Source: Trichosphaerium sp. ATCC 40318 (lineage: Eukaryota; Protista; Tubulinea). From it: a stretch of DNA of 64,000 bases. A program made the translations under genes and the position numbers. The notes under the pieces are model-generated. The model did no database searches. It saw nothing but the letters and a program-made list of their open reading frames with translations, and was not told the DNA's origin. Below are positions 50,507 through 62,200 of this stretch, one piece after another. Numbering within the stretch: position 1 is the first letter of the stretch; each line of letters starts with the position of its first letter. The DNA lies in the NCBI GenBank assembly GCA_038496445.1, contig JALMLS010000228.1:248001-312000 (forward strand), given 5' to 3'.

Positions 50507-53500
50507 TCATATTAGACCACCTCTGGTAACACAGTGTCTATTCCATGTTATGGCAGGACTATCAATTAAAGCATATGCTAGGTTTCCAAAACCTTCATGC
50601 ATCTCATCAATGTCGTCGTTTGGATCAATATCAAAATAAATACAAGTTTGAAAGTGCCTATAGTTTGTGTTAAAACAACTTTTTCAAATCTTAATATCTT
50701 ACTCTCTAATCAGAGCAGTGAACTCTGGAACTTCAGCTGTACCATAAGGACCAAGATAAACCACAAACGACCTAATAAATGTACCACCATTTCCAGGCAT
50801 CCCTTGGTAAACATTCACAAGTACGTTGCCTGCTGCAATTGGGCTGAAGTTTCTTAAACGCGCACTTATACGAGCTAAAACATTTCCGGTGATATCTTGT
50901 GTAATACCAGAAAACCTGATATCACGTGTTTCGTCTCTTGCTGATAGTACTGGTGAATGTCTTGCCCATTTTATGAATGTTGGATCAGGTTTGTTGTAAA
51001 CATTTGCCCACTGTGGCCCGGTAGAGGCTGCATCTAGATCTAGAACAAACAATTATGTATGGATCTATATGAGTAAGAAAAGCATTGTTACCAGCTATGT
51101 GTTGAAGTGACATATATCCACCATCTGTAGACCAATACAAGTATGGAGTAACCTTTAGAAAAACGTCATTTAAAAGAACAGGAAAACACTTTCTTGATTT
51201 TAGTACATACTCGAAAACTCCACTCTTGAGGTAATGGCTCGTAATCAATGACTATTTGTAGGGATGAACCCGCTGAGTATTCTCTCACGTTTAATGAGGC
51301 ATCTCTAAGACAGAAATTAGTATATCTTGTTCAACAAGGACATTCAAATAAAAACTAACGTGTATGATGCTTCAGTTGATGTGTCCAAGCTTGAACCTCC
51401 TCCAATAAATGGAATTTCAAATCCAATTCCTGATGATATTGTTACTTTTGTTGTAGTCGTTGAAGAGAGACTGACTGTAAAGAAGAAATTAGTTCATGTT
51501 GCAGATAGGGTATTGTAGTACCTCCATTTCCAACTAAGCTGTCCCATTGGATAGTTTTGGTTGTACCGCTTCCTGTACTAAATGATTGAAGAGGTGTAAC
51601 ATGTGGTTGATTAGGCATATCAGGTGGTATTGGATTAGTATTAGTCACTACATAAGATAGAACGTTTCTATTTTAAAAAAAGAGTTAGAGCAAATTTAGT
51701 TGTTGGTGTTGCGAACCCGGGTTCATAGTTTGGTCCCCAAGAAGAGGCTTCATATCCAGCGTATGAGCTTATAACAGAATTAAAACAGTAAACAACATTT
51801 AAGACATACTGTTCAGTAACTTCAGGTGCACAATCCTCAGTGCAATATGGATCTAGTTTTGTAGGCCAAACAACCAGGATCGAGCCTGCACGTTCGTCTG
51901 AAGATGTGTTGTATATAGGATACTCCCACGTATGCTTTAAAAAAGAGTCATTAGCGATATAAAAAGGATAGAGTGCGTACATAATTAATTTCAAGTAGTT
52001 CTACAATATCACTTGTGCCTGTTGTAGTTGTTTCAGTTACAGTCTTTCCTAAGTTTTAGTTAAACACAGTAAAGCTAAGAACATGAGTAACTTACCTGAG
52101 AAAGAACTTGCAGTAATCTCAAAACTTTTACCATATGCTTTTTCAATGGCACTTGATGTTTTGAACTATTGAGCAACGATGAGAAAAACAATGAAGAGAA
52201 ATAAAAAACAGAATAAAATAGGAATGAAGCTTCAACTGTAATACATACACCAAGCCCTTTGAATGAACCTTCCGAGCCTGTTCCAATAGAAGCTGAAAAC
52301 GCGTAGTCACGACTGAAACTTGTTGATAAGCTCCTCGTATTAGACTACAATCAAACGTTAGTACAGTCAGCTATTTTTTAAACAATAGTACATTTTCTCT
52401 CTTGATTTGACTGAATGCTATATCTCTACTGGACAAATAACTTCGTAGATCGATAACTGTTCCATCATCAAGAACATCATAATGAACTGGAGGTATACCA
52501 ATAACAGCAAGTGCTCCTACAGTATCTGATAATCGTCTATATGTTGGTGGACCAACACGGATAGATCTTCCATCAAAGTTTCCAGCAAGTGCATAGAACT
52601 GAGTAGTGCCGGTTGGATTACCTTGTGCAAAAGAAATCACCCTGGACGCTTTTAGATGCACAGTCCATAGTTCAGATTTATCAAAAGCACTTGGATTTTG
52701 CGGTTGATACACTAAAAAGCTTGCAAAGTCAAGAGTATTTACTTCTAAGGTTTCTTTTGTTAGCTGCGAATAAGTAGACTTTGTGAGACGTACTACAACC
52801 AGCTACTATTAGTTCTGCCTGTAAATCCAAGTTCAAATCACCGATTGCTAATTGTACTCCTTTAAACCCACACTGCCTAACTGAAGACCAAGAGACATGT
52901 TGTGTCGCAAGATTTTTCGAAAACTGTATGATAGTGAAAAAGTTGTCTAAACCAAAAGGGAGCACTTCTCTATAATAAGTAAAGGCTAGTTCGTCATGCA
53001 GATCTCCATTTAAATCTCCGACAGCAATGTGACCGAATCTATATATCGAGCGGTACAAAAGAGGTGCAGGGAAGCTCTTATAAGACCTAACAACATTAAA
53101 CAAACAAGTAAAAACCAAGAAATATAGAGTACCCAGGAACATATTTAACGTATGACAAAGAAGGTGTGGCATATAACAGCACAATAAAGTTGTGATGAGC
53201 GTTATTGCAATTGCTGTTACTTCTACATAAGCCAACAGCATACATAGCAATCTCGTCAACACCATCTCCATTAAAGTCTCCCGATTCAACTAAAACACGA
53301 TTAGATGACTAAAGTTATAATTTATGATAAGAATTTGAAATCACGTGCTTTGAATTTGTGATATCCCGTGTAAAGCATAAGAATGAAAGTCTGGTTTAAA
53401 TGCATAGTCTCCTCCTGAATTAACAGTTGTACGAACTACACTCATCGAGGGAGTGCCGGGTGGAGAAAGCACTTTGTACAAATGCTATACATTCATTAGT

Positions 53501-54869
53501 TCTTGTAACAATGTTAAAAAACTGCTCACCATCCATGGAGATCCACCAGATTCTATATTGAGTAACGGAGCTTGGCCAATGACTAAAAGACAACAATTAT
53601 AATAAAATCAAAGAAATGGGACTTACTGCGTTTACGTTGAACCCATCCTACAGCAATAGAGCCTTTTCCAGCACCTACACAATATTAGATTATTTTCCAA
53701 GTTCTTTTAGTTCATACCATTAAAATCACCGATTGTCACATCAAAGTTAAAGTGGTAATCGTTTACAAATGAACTTGCATAAGTTCGTGCAACATTTTCA
53801 ATTCTCTCAATGCTACTCCAAGAGAAATCATCATTGTACTCAATAATAGTCATATTTAGTCTATCTTCTGTCCACACACCGCCAATCTTAACACGAAAAA
53901 CAACTACAAGCTCTTCTCTAACAAAAATAAGCATGCAAAAAACTCCAGAATCACAAAGATACGTGCCTGTTATCACCATTCAAATCACCTGCTGCACATG
54001 CTACTTGTTGTGGTGTTCCATAAGGATATAGAAGATGAAGTCTGGTCAGCGTAGCTGTTGTTTCTTGAGGAACAAGGTTGTCATCATAGCTGATGATTGT
54101 TGATGTTAGCTCAAAAATATCGTTTTCAAGATGAACATAAACTTGAACAACTTCATCCTATTCCATATTAAAAAAGTTCTTGTAAACACCAAATAAAAGC
54201 TATTCGTACAATTGTATCTCCATTGAGATCCGCAGATACTGTACAAAACGCACGACGTCCATCAGCGTGATTGGTATCACTACAAGTTTTCGTTAGCAGT
54301 TCGATTGAAATATAACTACAAGCGTACCCATCTTCCATCTCCCTTTGTTTGAATATTTGTGTCCCGTCTGAAAGATCATCATGAAATGTCATTTCGTTTT
54401 GATAAGCTTTGAAATTACCATTCCTTGTATAGCTCAAGTGAAGGTTATCACGTGATACTAAGAACAAAAAAGTTAATACAATAACAAGAAAAAAGGTAAG
54501 GAAATACCAAGTTTGTAGTTTCCAGCGAAAGGATCAGCATCTACAGGTGGATCGGCTTGACCAGTGATACGTTTAGTAGATTCATGTTCCGACAAACGTT
54601 TTTCTACCATCACATCAAGAGGTTCAAAGTGTGTAGGCGCATTTGGTGCACCACTCTAAATACAAGATTAAAACAAATCAAAGATAGTGTCAAAAAGTAG
54701 GATGGCTTTATGAGAACGCCGTTATACATACCATTGTTCTCTTAGGGTTACTGAACTTAGCTGCTTTGCCTGGTTTATGACGAGGAAAGTGTGTTCCTTC
54801 ATATGAACAAAAACAAGTTATAGAGAGAGTAGAGAGTATTAAGAAACCAAGAAGCTGAGTTGTTGTCAT
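50507..54869 (-). CDS. Large secreted FG-GAP/VCBS-repeat protein with Ser/Thr-rich beta hairpins and a C-terminal Ig-like domain
   Basis: Signal peptide; repeated ADLNGD/GDLNGD/GDFNGDG-xxE motifs; PPVHYD; C-terminal ISARLRNFS...VNVYQG. Confidence 0.8.
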
Positions 54870-55046
54870 GGTTATATCTATGTTTTGTTTTGGACAGTTT
54901 TAAGTGTCCTTAAGTATTTTATTACGAAACTTTCCAATTTGTGAACAAAAAATGGCAAAGAATGCCAATAAATTTTTATCATACATGCGTAAAGAATAGC
55001 TTTGAGAGTAGATTTATTTTAGTACCACTAGCGCGTGGTATTTAGC

Positions 55047-55291
55047 TGTGAATTGGCAACGCAGACAGAAAAGTTAGCACAACTACGTTTTTATCACGTG
55101 TAATAAATTGTAGTGGTAGTAATGAAAGCGCAGAGCCTGTTAACAATTACAACTCAAGAATGGGTCTTAGTTAAAATAGTTTCAATGAATGGATGTGATG
55201 CTCTTCTTATACTTTTATTACCGGTCATGTGATCATGTGAATTGGCAACGCAGATGGAAAAGTTAGCATAAGTTCGTTTTATCACGTGTAA
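55047..55291 (+). repeat. Imperfect ~57-bp direct repeat (55047-55103 and 55236-55291)
   Basis: TGTGAATTGGCAACGCAGA..GAAAAGTTAGCA.AA...CGTTTT.ATCACGTGTAA occurs twice. Confidence 0.9.
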
Positions 55292-55394
55292 CCTACCGTT
55301 AAAGTGACACTTGGAGTAGTTATCTGTGATTTGACCGGTAATAAAAGTATAAGAAGAGCATCACATCCATTCATTGAAACTATTTTAACTAAGA
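55165..55394. repeat. Perfect 63-bp inverted repeat (55165-55227 / 55332-55394) with a 104-bp spacer; MITE-like or hairpin RNA
   Basis: The arms are exact reverse complements. Degenerate complementarity extends outward (TGTTAACA...CAAGAA). Confidence 0.9.
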
Positions 55395-55936
55395 ACCTTC
55401 GGTTCTTGTTGGGCTGTTAACACGCTCCATATGTACACGATCACATTGGAGATTCTCTTCAGCACATCTATCAGTACAAGATTGACCTCTCTAAGGAGAA
55501 ACATTAGTGAGGGAACAACAGTAAAAAAGAAAAAAAAGAAAAACGCTTACGTTGGATTGAAACCATGTTTGACGTGGTTTACCGCTTCTTGATTCTGTGA
55601 GTTTGAGTGGAATTTTCTTGAGCTGTGTAGATCCCATCCCATGTAGACTCCAACTGTGGCCGACAGTGTCTTCGTAACAACACTGTTTATCATACTGGGC
55701 TTACTCGAGCAAACATTAACAAGGTACAATGGTGCTAGTATAAGAAAGACTTACAACCCATACACATAATGAACACATTCACTCTACGCTTTAACTCACA
55801 TGCAAGACGTTCAAGCAAGAGTGATAGTTGGAAACAGGAGTAAAGTGATAATTTTGTTACATCGCAAAGAAATACTAACCTGAGGTTAATTTTTTATTAA
55901 GACAAACACGTGTTTTGAAACGTCTAATTTAGAGAT

Positions 55937-56671
55937 TCAATTGGCCTTTCTGAGCGGGGTAGCCTTTACTGATGGCATGTCTTTTTCATCGACCTGCACT
56001 TGCTGTTGTTGTTGTTGTTCTTGCTGTTCTTGTTGCTGTCTGATAACATTCTCCCAGAATGAAGGAACATCGAGGCGCATAAGGATAGTAGGTCCGTTAA
56101 GAGCAGCATCAGGTGTGCGGTGTAAAACCCCTTCTTCCTTTCCTTTAAATACAGCAACATCCCAAGCATTCAAAAACTTCCTGAGTTCTGGTTTCTTGAG
56201 AATTTGGTTGTTAGGCGCGAAGTTCTTGTACGCGAAGCGGTCACCAGCCCCTTCTGGAAGCCACTCGGTGCCTGTGCCATTGTAGGTAACTAGGAGGCGC
56301 ATTGGTACGTTGTCGATATGGTAACGGCGACATCCTCGTTCAGAGCCTAGCCAGAAGCCGATTGCTTTTTCGTCCACCATGTCACAAAAAGTATGAGTTA
56401 TCTCGGTCATGTCTTTGAGCCAGAGCTTGTAGAATTCATCAGAGCGTAGGCTCTCTGGTACAGCTTCTTCAATGATAGCCTCAATGTCTTTTTCAGCGTG
56501 GTGTTTATGTACTTTCCCCAAAACGCCAAACGGACCTGGTTTGCCCTCCAAGAGTTTTCTAAAGAACGGGGAAGCTTCTTCTGGTGCTTTACGTTCGATA
56601 ATTCCTAAACTTTCTGGTTTTTGTGGGAGAGTGCGTAGTTGAGTTAAACTAGTTGCTAAAAACGCAGTCAT
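55937..56671 (-). CDS. DUF1826-family protein, intronless, polyQ tail
   Basis: CRRYHIDNVPMRLLVTYNGTGTEWL...DVAVFKG...GVLHRTP...LMRLD matches the DUF1826 pattern (HxD...H, 2OG-Fe(II)-like). Confidence 0.8.
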   Translation of the reverse strand: MTAFLATSLTQLRTLPQKPESLGIIERKAPEEASPFFRKLLEGKPGPFGVLGKVHKHHAEKDIEAIIEEAVPESLRSDEFYKLWLKDMTEITHTFCDMVDEKAIGFWLGSERGCRRYHIDNVPMRLLVTYNGTGTEWLPEGAGDRFAYKNFAPNNQILKKPELRKFLNAWDVAVFKGKEEGVLHRTPDAALNGPTILMRLDVPSFWENVIRQQQEQQEQQQQQQVQVDEKDMPSVKATPLRKAN

Positions 56672-57253
56672 GGCTTTGATCGTGTAGGGGTAATGCTTTG
56701 AGCAACTTAAGACAAATAAGCGTTGAACGCGCGGTAATGTGAGTAGTCATGGTGTAAACGCATTCAGAATGATTAATAAAAATTATAAACGTAAACGTTT
56801 TATAAAAATTAAAATTACTACCAGGGTTGCCCAGGGCAATCAACACTCGTTTCAAATAATTAATACTCAAAATTACAATAGCTTGAGTAACCTTGTGTAC
56901 GTAAGTTGAGTCGCGAAGTTAATTATTTACATCACAAGCAACAGGTAAAACAAATAGCCTTCTATCACCAGTTCTTGTCTTACAAATATACAAACACTAC
57001 TAGGAACGCAAAAAACACACTCGTTTTAGCACTTATTCACTCTTTTGGGCTACATTTGAAATATCTGAGTTTTACGACGTGAAGGCTCATGAAGTGGAGA
57101 ATCTTTAACTCGCAAACACGAGTTTGGTATTGTTACGAACTTGGTTTGATTAAAGTATGCTGAGTACAGCCTGAAATTCACAACGTGGTATCAATTGAAT
57201 AATTAATAAAACAGCAAATAACATCTAACAAATTATCACTACCTACAACACCT

Positions 57254-58319
57254 TTATTTTCTTAAATTCCCACAATATTCGCTTGAAGCGTTTGTTACAT
57301 TTGTATTATAAACACAACACGTGCCAACACCCTTCAAATGTTTAATGCCTTCATCAGTGATATTCTTGCAATTGTTTCCAGAAAAGGTTTTGACGCCTGC
57401 AATGTGTTTCAAGCCTTCATCAGTTACCTCAGTATCGTTTACACTGATAAACTCAGCTCCAGCAATAAAAGGCATACCAACATCAGTTATCTTTGTATTA
57501 TTTAGCTCAATATGCCTGACACCCTTGAAATGTTCCAACGCAGCATCAGTGACATTTGTATCGTTCAAATGAATCACCTTGGCTCCTTTTAAGTACTTAG
57601 CACATGCGTCAGTAACCAATGTGTTCGAGATATTAATATATTCTACTCCCTTGAGGTACTTGATTCCGCTATCTGTGATCACTGTAGATGAAATATCAAT
57701 AACCTTAACACCTTCAACATACGACAAAGCTTCATCATTCAGTGTTTGCGAAAAAGGTGCATAAAAGGATTTAACACCTTTGAAGTATTGAAATTGATCA
57801 GGGGAGCTCGGACTGCATCTAGCAAAAAAACTGTCAAAAATGGCGCCAATTAAACTTTATTTTCACTGAAATTAATGACGAGTATAACTAAAATTAGTTT
57901 CAGTTGTGTAAAAAAGACTGTTACCTTGAGAAGTCTATATGTTTCACTCCCGTAAGGTACTTAACGAGTTCTTCTTGTTCATACCAATACGAAGATAAAA
58001 CAACTCTTGTATGGCGTACAACGCCGGGATACTTCATAATACGTTGTGCTTGCTCCTCTGTGGTTATTATTATGCGATCATACCCTAACCTCTCCCGTAT
58101 CATCTCCGCACACGCTCTACACGTAGCAGCTACATCAACACGCGTAATTCCATGCGTATAAGAAATAATATTGTCTACAACAAACAATGGTAAAGCATCT
58201 AAAAGTACAATGTTGGAATCGCCTGTCAGAAGCGGAAAATCGTCTGTAGTTGGTTTTTGCCTCAACGGCTTTATAGGCAGCGGTTTGTGTGGGGGAAATC
58301 TACCCTTGCTATTACCCAT
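57254..58319 (-). CDS. F-box + 21-aa LRR protein, one intron (~57820-57925)
   Basis: LLDALPLFVVDNIISY...ATCR F-box-like; GVKxIxLxxTxITDxGxKxLK repeats. Confidence 0.85.
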
Positions 58320-59252
58320 TATAAATTTTGATTGTTTATTGTGTTTGACCTGAAACGCTATTTTGTGTTTGCGCTACAGATAGTTTTTCGAGGTTTGTGA
58401 GCACTGGTAACCGCTAGAGCACAAGCTAGCTTGTCGACTTATCTCTATGGAGTACTTTGTGATGGTTGGGTTAGAGTCACGTGCTTGCTACATCGGGAGT
58501 TACCTTTTTGAACAGTAAGTTAATATTGAAATACGTTGTTTCAGATATATGTTTTTGATTAGTGGACACGTCTATTTATTATTTGGCCAAGTGCATATTT
58601 CCGGAATGATGGCGCATGTTGTATTCGAGAATAAGCTGGTAGGCTGCATTTGCTCTTACAGTATCATGATGTTGTCTCCTTTTACATACTCATTTTGCTT
58701 TGTTTTATTCAATGGGAGGGCCTTTATTTAGCTGGTGTTTATGTATTTGAAGCTAACCAATTAGCCATAATTCATTGCTTGATTTGGCATTTACTTATGT
58801 AACATAGTTTTAGTACAAAACACATTTTTTTGAAACGTACAAACTTTGTAGCTACACTCTGGCTTCAAATGCACAGGAAGCAATAGCATTTTCTCCATGT
58901 TCACCACGGAGGTGTAGTTGATGGGAAGAAGGATTCTCAGCTGAATCTGAAACTGTAAAAAGCTACGGAAATTCAAAGCTTTTTACTTGCCATCCAATCG
59001 TTTATCAGAAAATTGTAGTTGTTTCTGAAGTCACCTAAACACTACAAGTTAAAAAATACGTGCTGCATCTTGTTTTGCACAAGGCCCTCGAAATACTTAA
59101 AATGTTACTTTGAAAATTGTGAATCTCAGTAATTTACTTTGTGAAGCTACCAAGCATGCGAGTAATGGTTCAATGAAAAACAAATAGTCAGAATAAGTTA
59201 TGTCCACTCAAACTGCTCGTGTTTTTAAACGTGACAGTCGCTCCAAAGCACC

Positions 59253-62200
59253 ATGACAATAAAAGGCTTATTAAATAAGTTAAAATTACCTTCATGTAGA
59301 GACGTTTTATTGGTTTTAATTTACCTGACAGTTATATAGGCAATATTCGCCTATTTAAAGGTCAAATAGTCGGTATTGACGCTCAAGGATGGCTATACAA
59401 GGGTGCCAGCAAATGTACCATGGATTTATTATTGAACAGGCGCACAACAACGTACGCGTAAGTACTAGTACCTAATAATAACATTTTGTGCTAGATATGT
59501 GACATACGTTATAAATCGCGTTCAGGAACTCATTGACTGTGGTATTAAGCCTATACTGGTATTCGACGGCGCATCTCTGAAAGCCAAGGATCAAATAAAC
59601 GCAGCTAGGAGGAGGTGAACCTAATCTGTACAAATATACAAACTAATCAGCTCAAGGCACCGTAACAAGCATAAAAACCTAGCACTTGAGTACTACAGGC
59701 ACAGGGATTTTCAAAGAGCAGAAAGCCACAGCCGAGAGGCATTACGAGTAACATCAGCAATGGTAGAGCAAACAATAGCAGTAAGAATTTTCTTCTTCCT
59801 CTGAGAGACAAGATCGATTAAATACTCTCTATAGGCCGTAAAAAAGCTTGGAGTACATTGCTTAGTAGCACCATATGAAGCAGACGCACAATTAGCGTTT
59901 TTAGAGAGCATAGGACATATATCTGCAATAATTACTGAAGATTCTGATCTTATCGCTTTTGGATGCAACACTGTACGTCATCTAGGTCGTTTTTACATTC
60001 AAACTATTGCTTATCATCGTAATAAATACTCTCTAGATTATATACAAGCTACGCCCTTCAGGTATCTGTTTGCTATACCAGCGTGGTAGAGTGGAAAGTA
60101 CCTTTAAACTTGGAGGAATCAAAACTTTCACAAAAGAAATGTTACTTCATATGTGTATCTTAGCAGGCTGTGATTACTTGCCTAATATCCCTGGTATTGG
60201 TATACAAAGAGCTCATCTTTTTATGCAACGTAATGGAGATATTTGGGGAGCTATAGATGATATCATTGATAACGATTGGCCTGTGCCTAATGGTTACTTT
60301 AGAAGAGCTGAAAAGGCAGAAATGTCTTTTCTTTACCAACGTGTATTTGATCCACGCTCTAAAACAGTTGTCCACATGAAGTAAGAACACTTATTATTGT
60401 TTAATATAGCTTATGTTTATATCTCAGGAAACTACCTAGAGGTGTAAACCCTAGGGACTACGCGGTGGGACCTCATATTGAACCGGGGCATGCTCAAAAA
60501 ATTTGTTTGGGTGGATCCTTCTCACTAGTGAAAGTAAGAAAAATCTGAGACTTTTAGATGGCTAATTTATGGCTTTTTTATTAGGTCGACATCAAGAACG
60601 TAGAAGTAAACGCATCTGACCTACGTAAGAGAATAGTTTTTAATCAAGAATTATCTTCAATTGACACGTGAGAATTATTTAGAGAGAGAAAAGGGAAGAC
60701 AAGAAATTTCTGAGATAGTGTTTGAGAAAATGAAGGAAGGCCAAGTAGGACGTACGCTATGGTTTTGAACCAACACGCTGCTTTAGGAATCCTTATTGAT
60801 TTGTTTTATTTAGGAACTGCGTACACAGTGAAGAATAATTCCACGCGAAGCAGAAGGTTCAAGGTATTTATCTTACCGGGAGGTTTCAGCGGATACAAAG
60901 TTGAGGTTCCTCTAAAGGTACATCTCGTCATGCTTCTTTTCTGACGCAGTACAGGGTAAATATGTTAGCTTAAATCCTGGGAAGACGTATAAAGGAATAG
61001 TAAGCATAACAGCACCTCTAAACACGTATGGAGAGTTTCGCTGTGTAATCATATTTCACTTTGGAGGTTTTGTGATTGGTCGCTTTGCAAGCACCCTTGT
61101 AGTTGTACGTTAGAGAATTTCGAAATAATACGTCCTCTTACAAGTCTTTAAAGGACGCAGAAGGTGTTATTGATGGTATGAGACCTAAAACACCGTATAA
61201 GAAGCGGCCAACCCCAAAAAGACCTAAAGGAAAAGTTGTCCGTGCTCCATTTTCACGTGCAGATTTTGCAAAGCAGTTCAAGCACAAGCTTCCTCCGTAC
61301 CCTATTCCAAAGCCATTGGATGCTATACTTTCTTGTAAATCGGCAGATGATGTTCATAGACGCCTACAAGAAGGTCCTTGGCTTGAAGGATATGTACCAA
61401 AAATGCAAACTCTGCTGTGGATTGAAGAGGTACTCTCCTTTTGTTTATCAAACCAGCTTTGAATTATACCTACCTTCCACAAACCTTTTTATTGCTAAAT
61501 CTATAAAAAATCCGTCTGTTAGTAAACTACAACATTCAAGTTTTGAAAGCCAACAATTATTGTATTTCTTTTCTTTTTTCACATTTTGAGTAGGTCCAAG
61601 CGTGTACTGATATTCGTCATTACGATATGGAAGGAGTAAGACTTCAAGGTGGAGGAAACGGTGGTTACTTACGATTGAGAGTACCCGGATTAGCAGAAAA
61701 AAGACCATCTCTTCTTTACGGTGATTCTGTTTTTGTAACACTTGGAGGTAATCAAACAAACACGTGATCTGTCCCTATTTTGATAAGAAAGGAATTAATG
61801 ATAAACAGAATTAAACTAACTTGTTTCTGTTAAACCAGGTGATGATAGACAATGGGAAGGACGTGTTCATCAAGTAGAATTATCAAGTGTGATGCTTAAG
61901 TTTGCCAGAAGGTTTCATGAATTATATGTAAATGGCATGCCTTGTAATGTCCGTTTCACTTTTTCTCGAACGCCTTTAAAGAAGATGCATAATGCAGTAT
62001 CTCTTTTCGAAGTACGTCTGTTGCAAAAAAGAAGAAAACCCAAAAAAAAAGAAAAAAAGAAGAAAAAAAAGGAACTCTTCACTTCTCCAGAACTTATTTA
62101 TTTCTAGAACGAACCACCTGCATGGGAAGTTAAAAATAACTACCCAAATGACCTTGTGCTGAAGTATAGGATTGCTTTTTACAATCCAAGAATCGGACAA

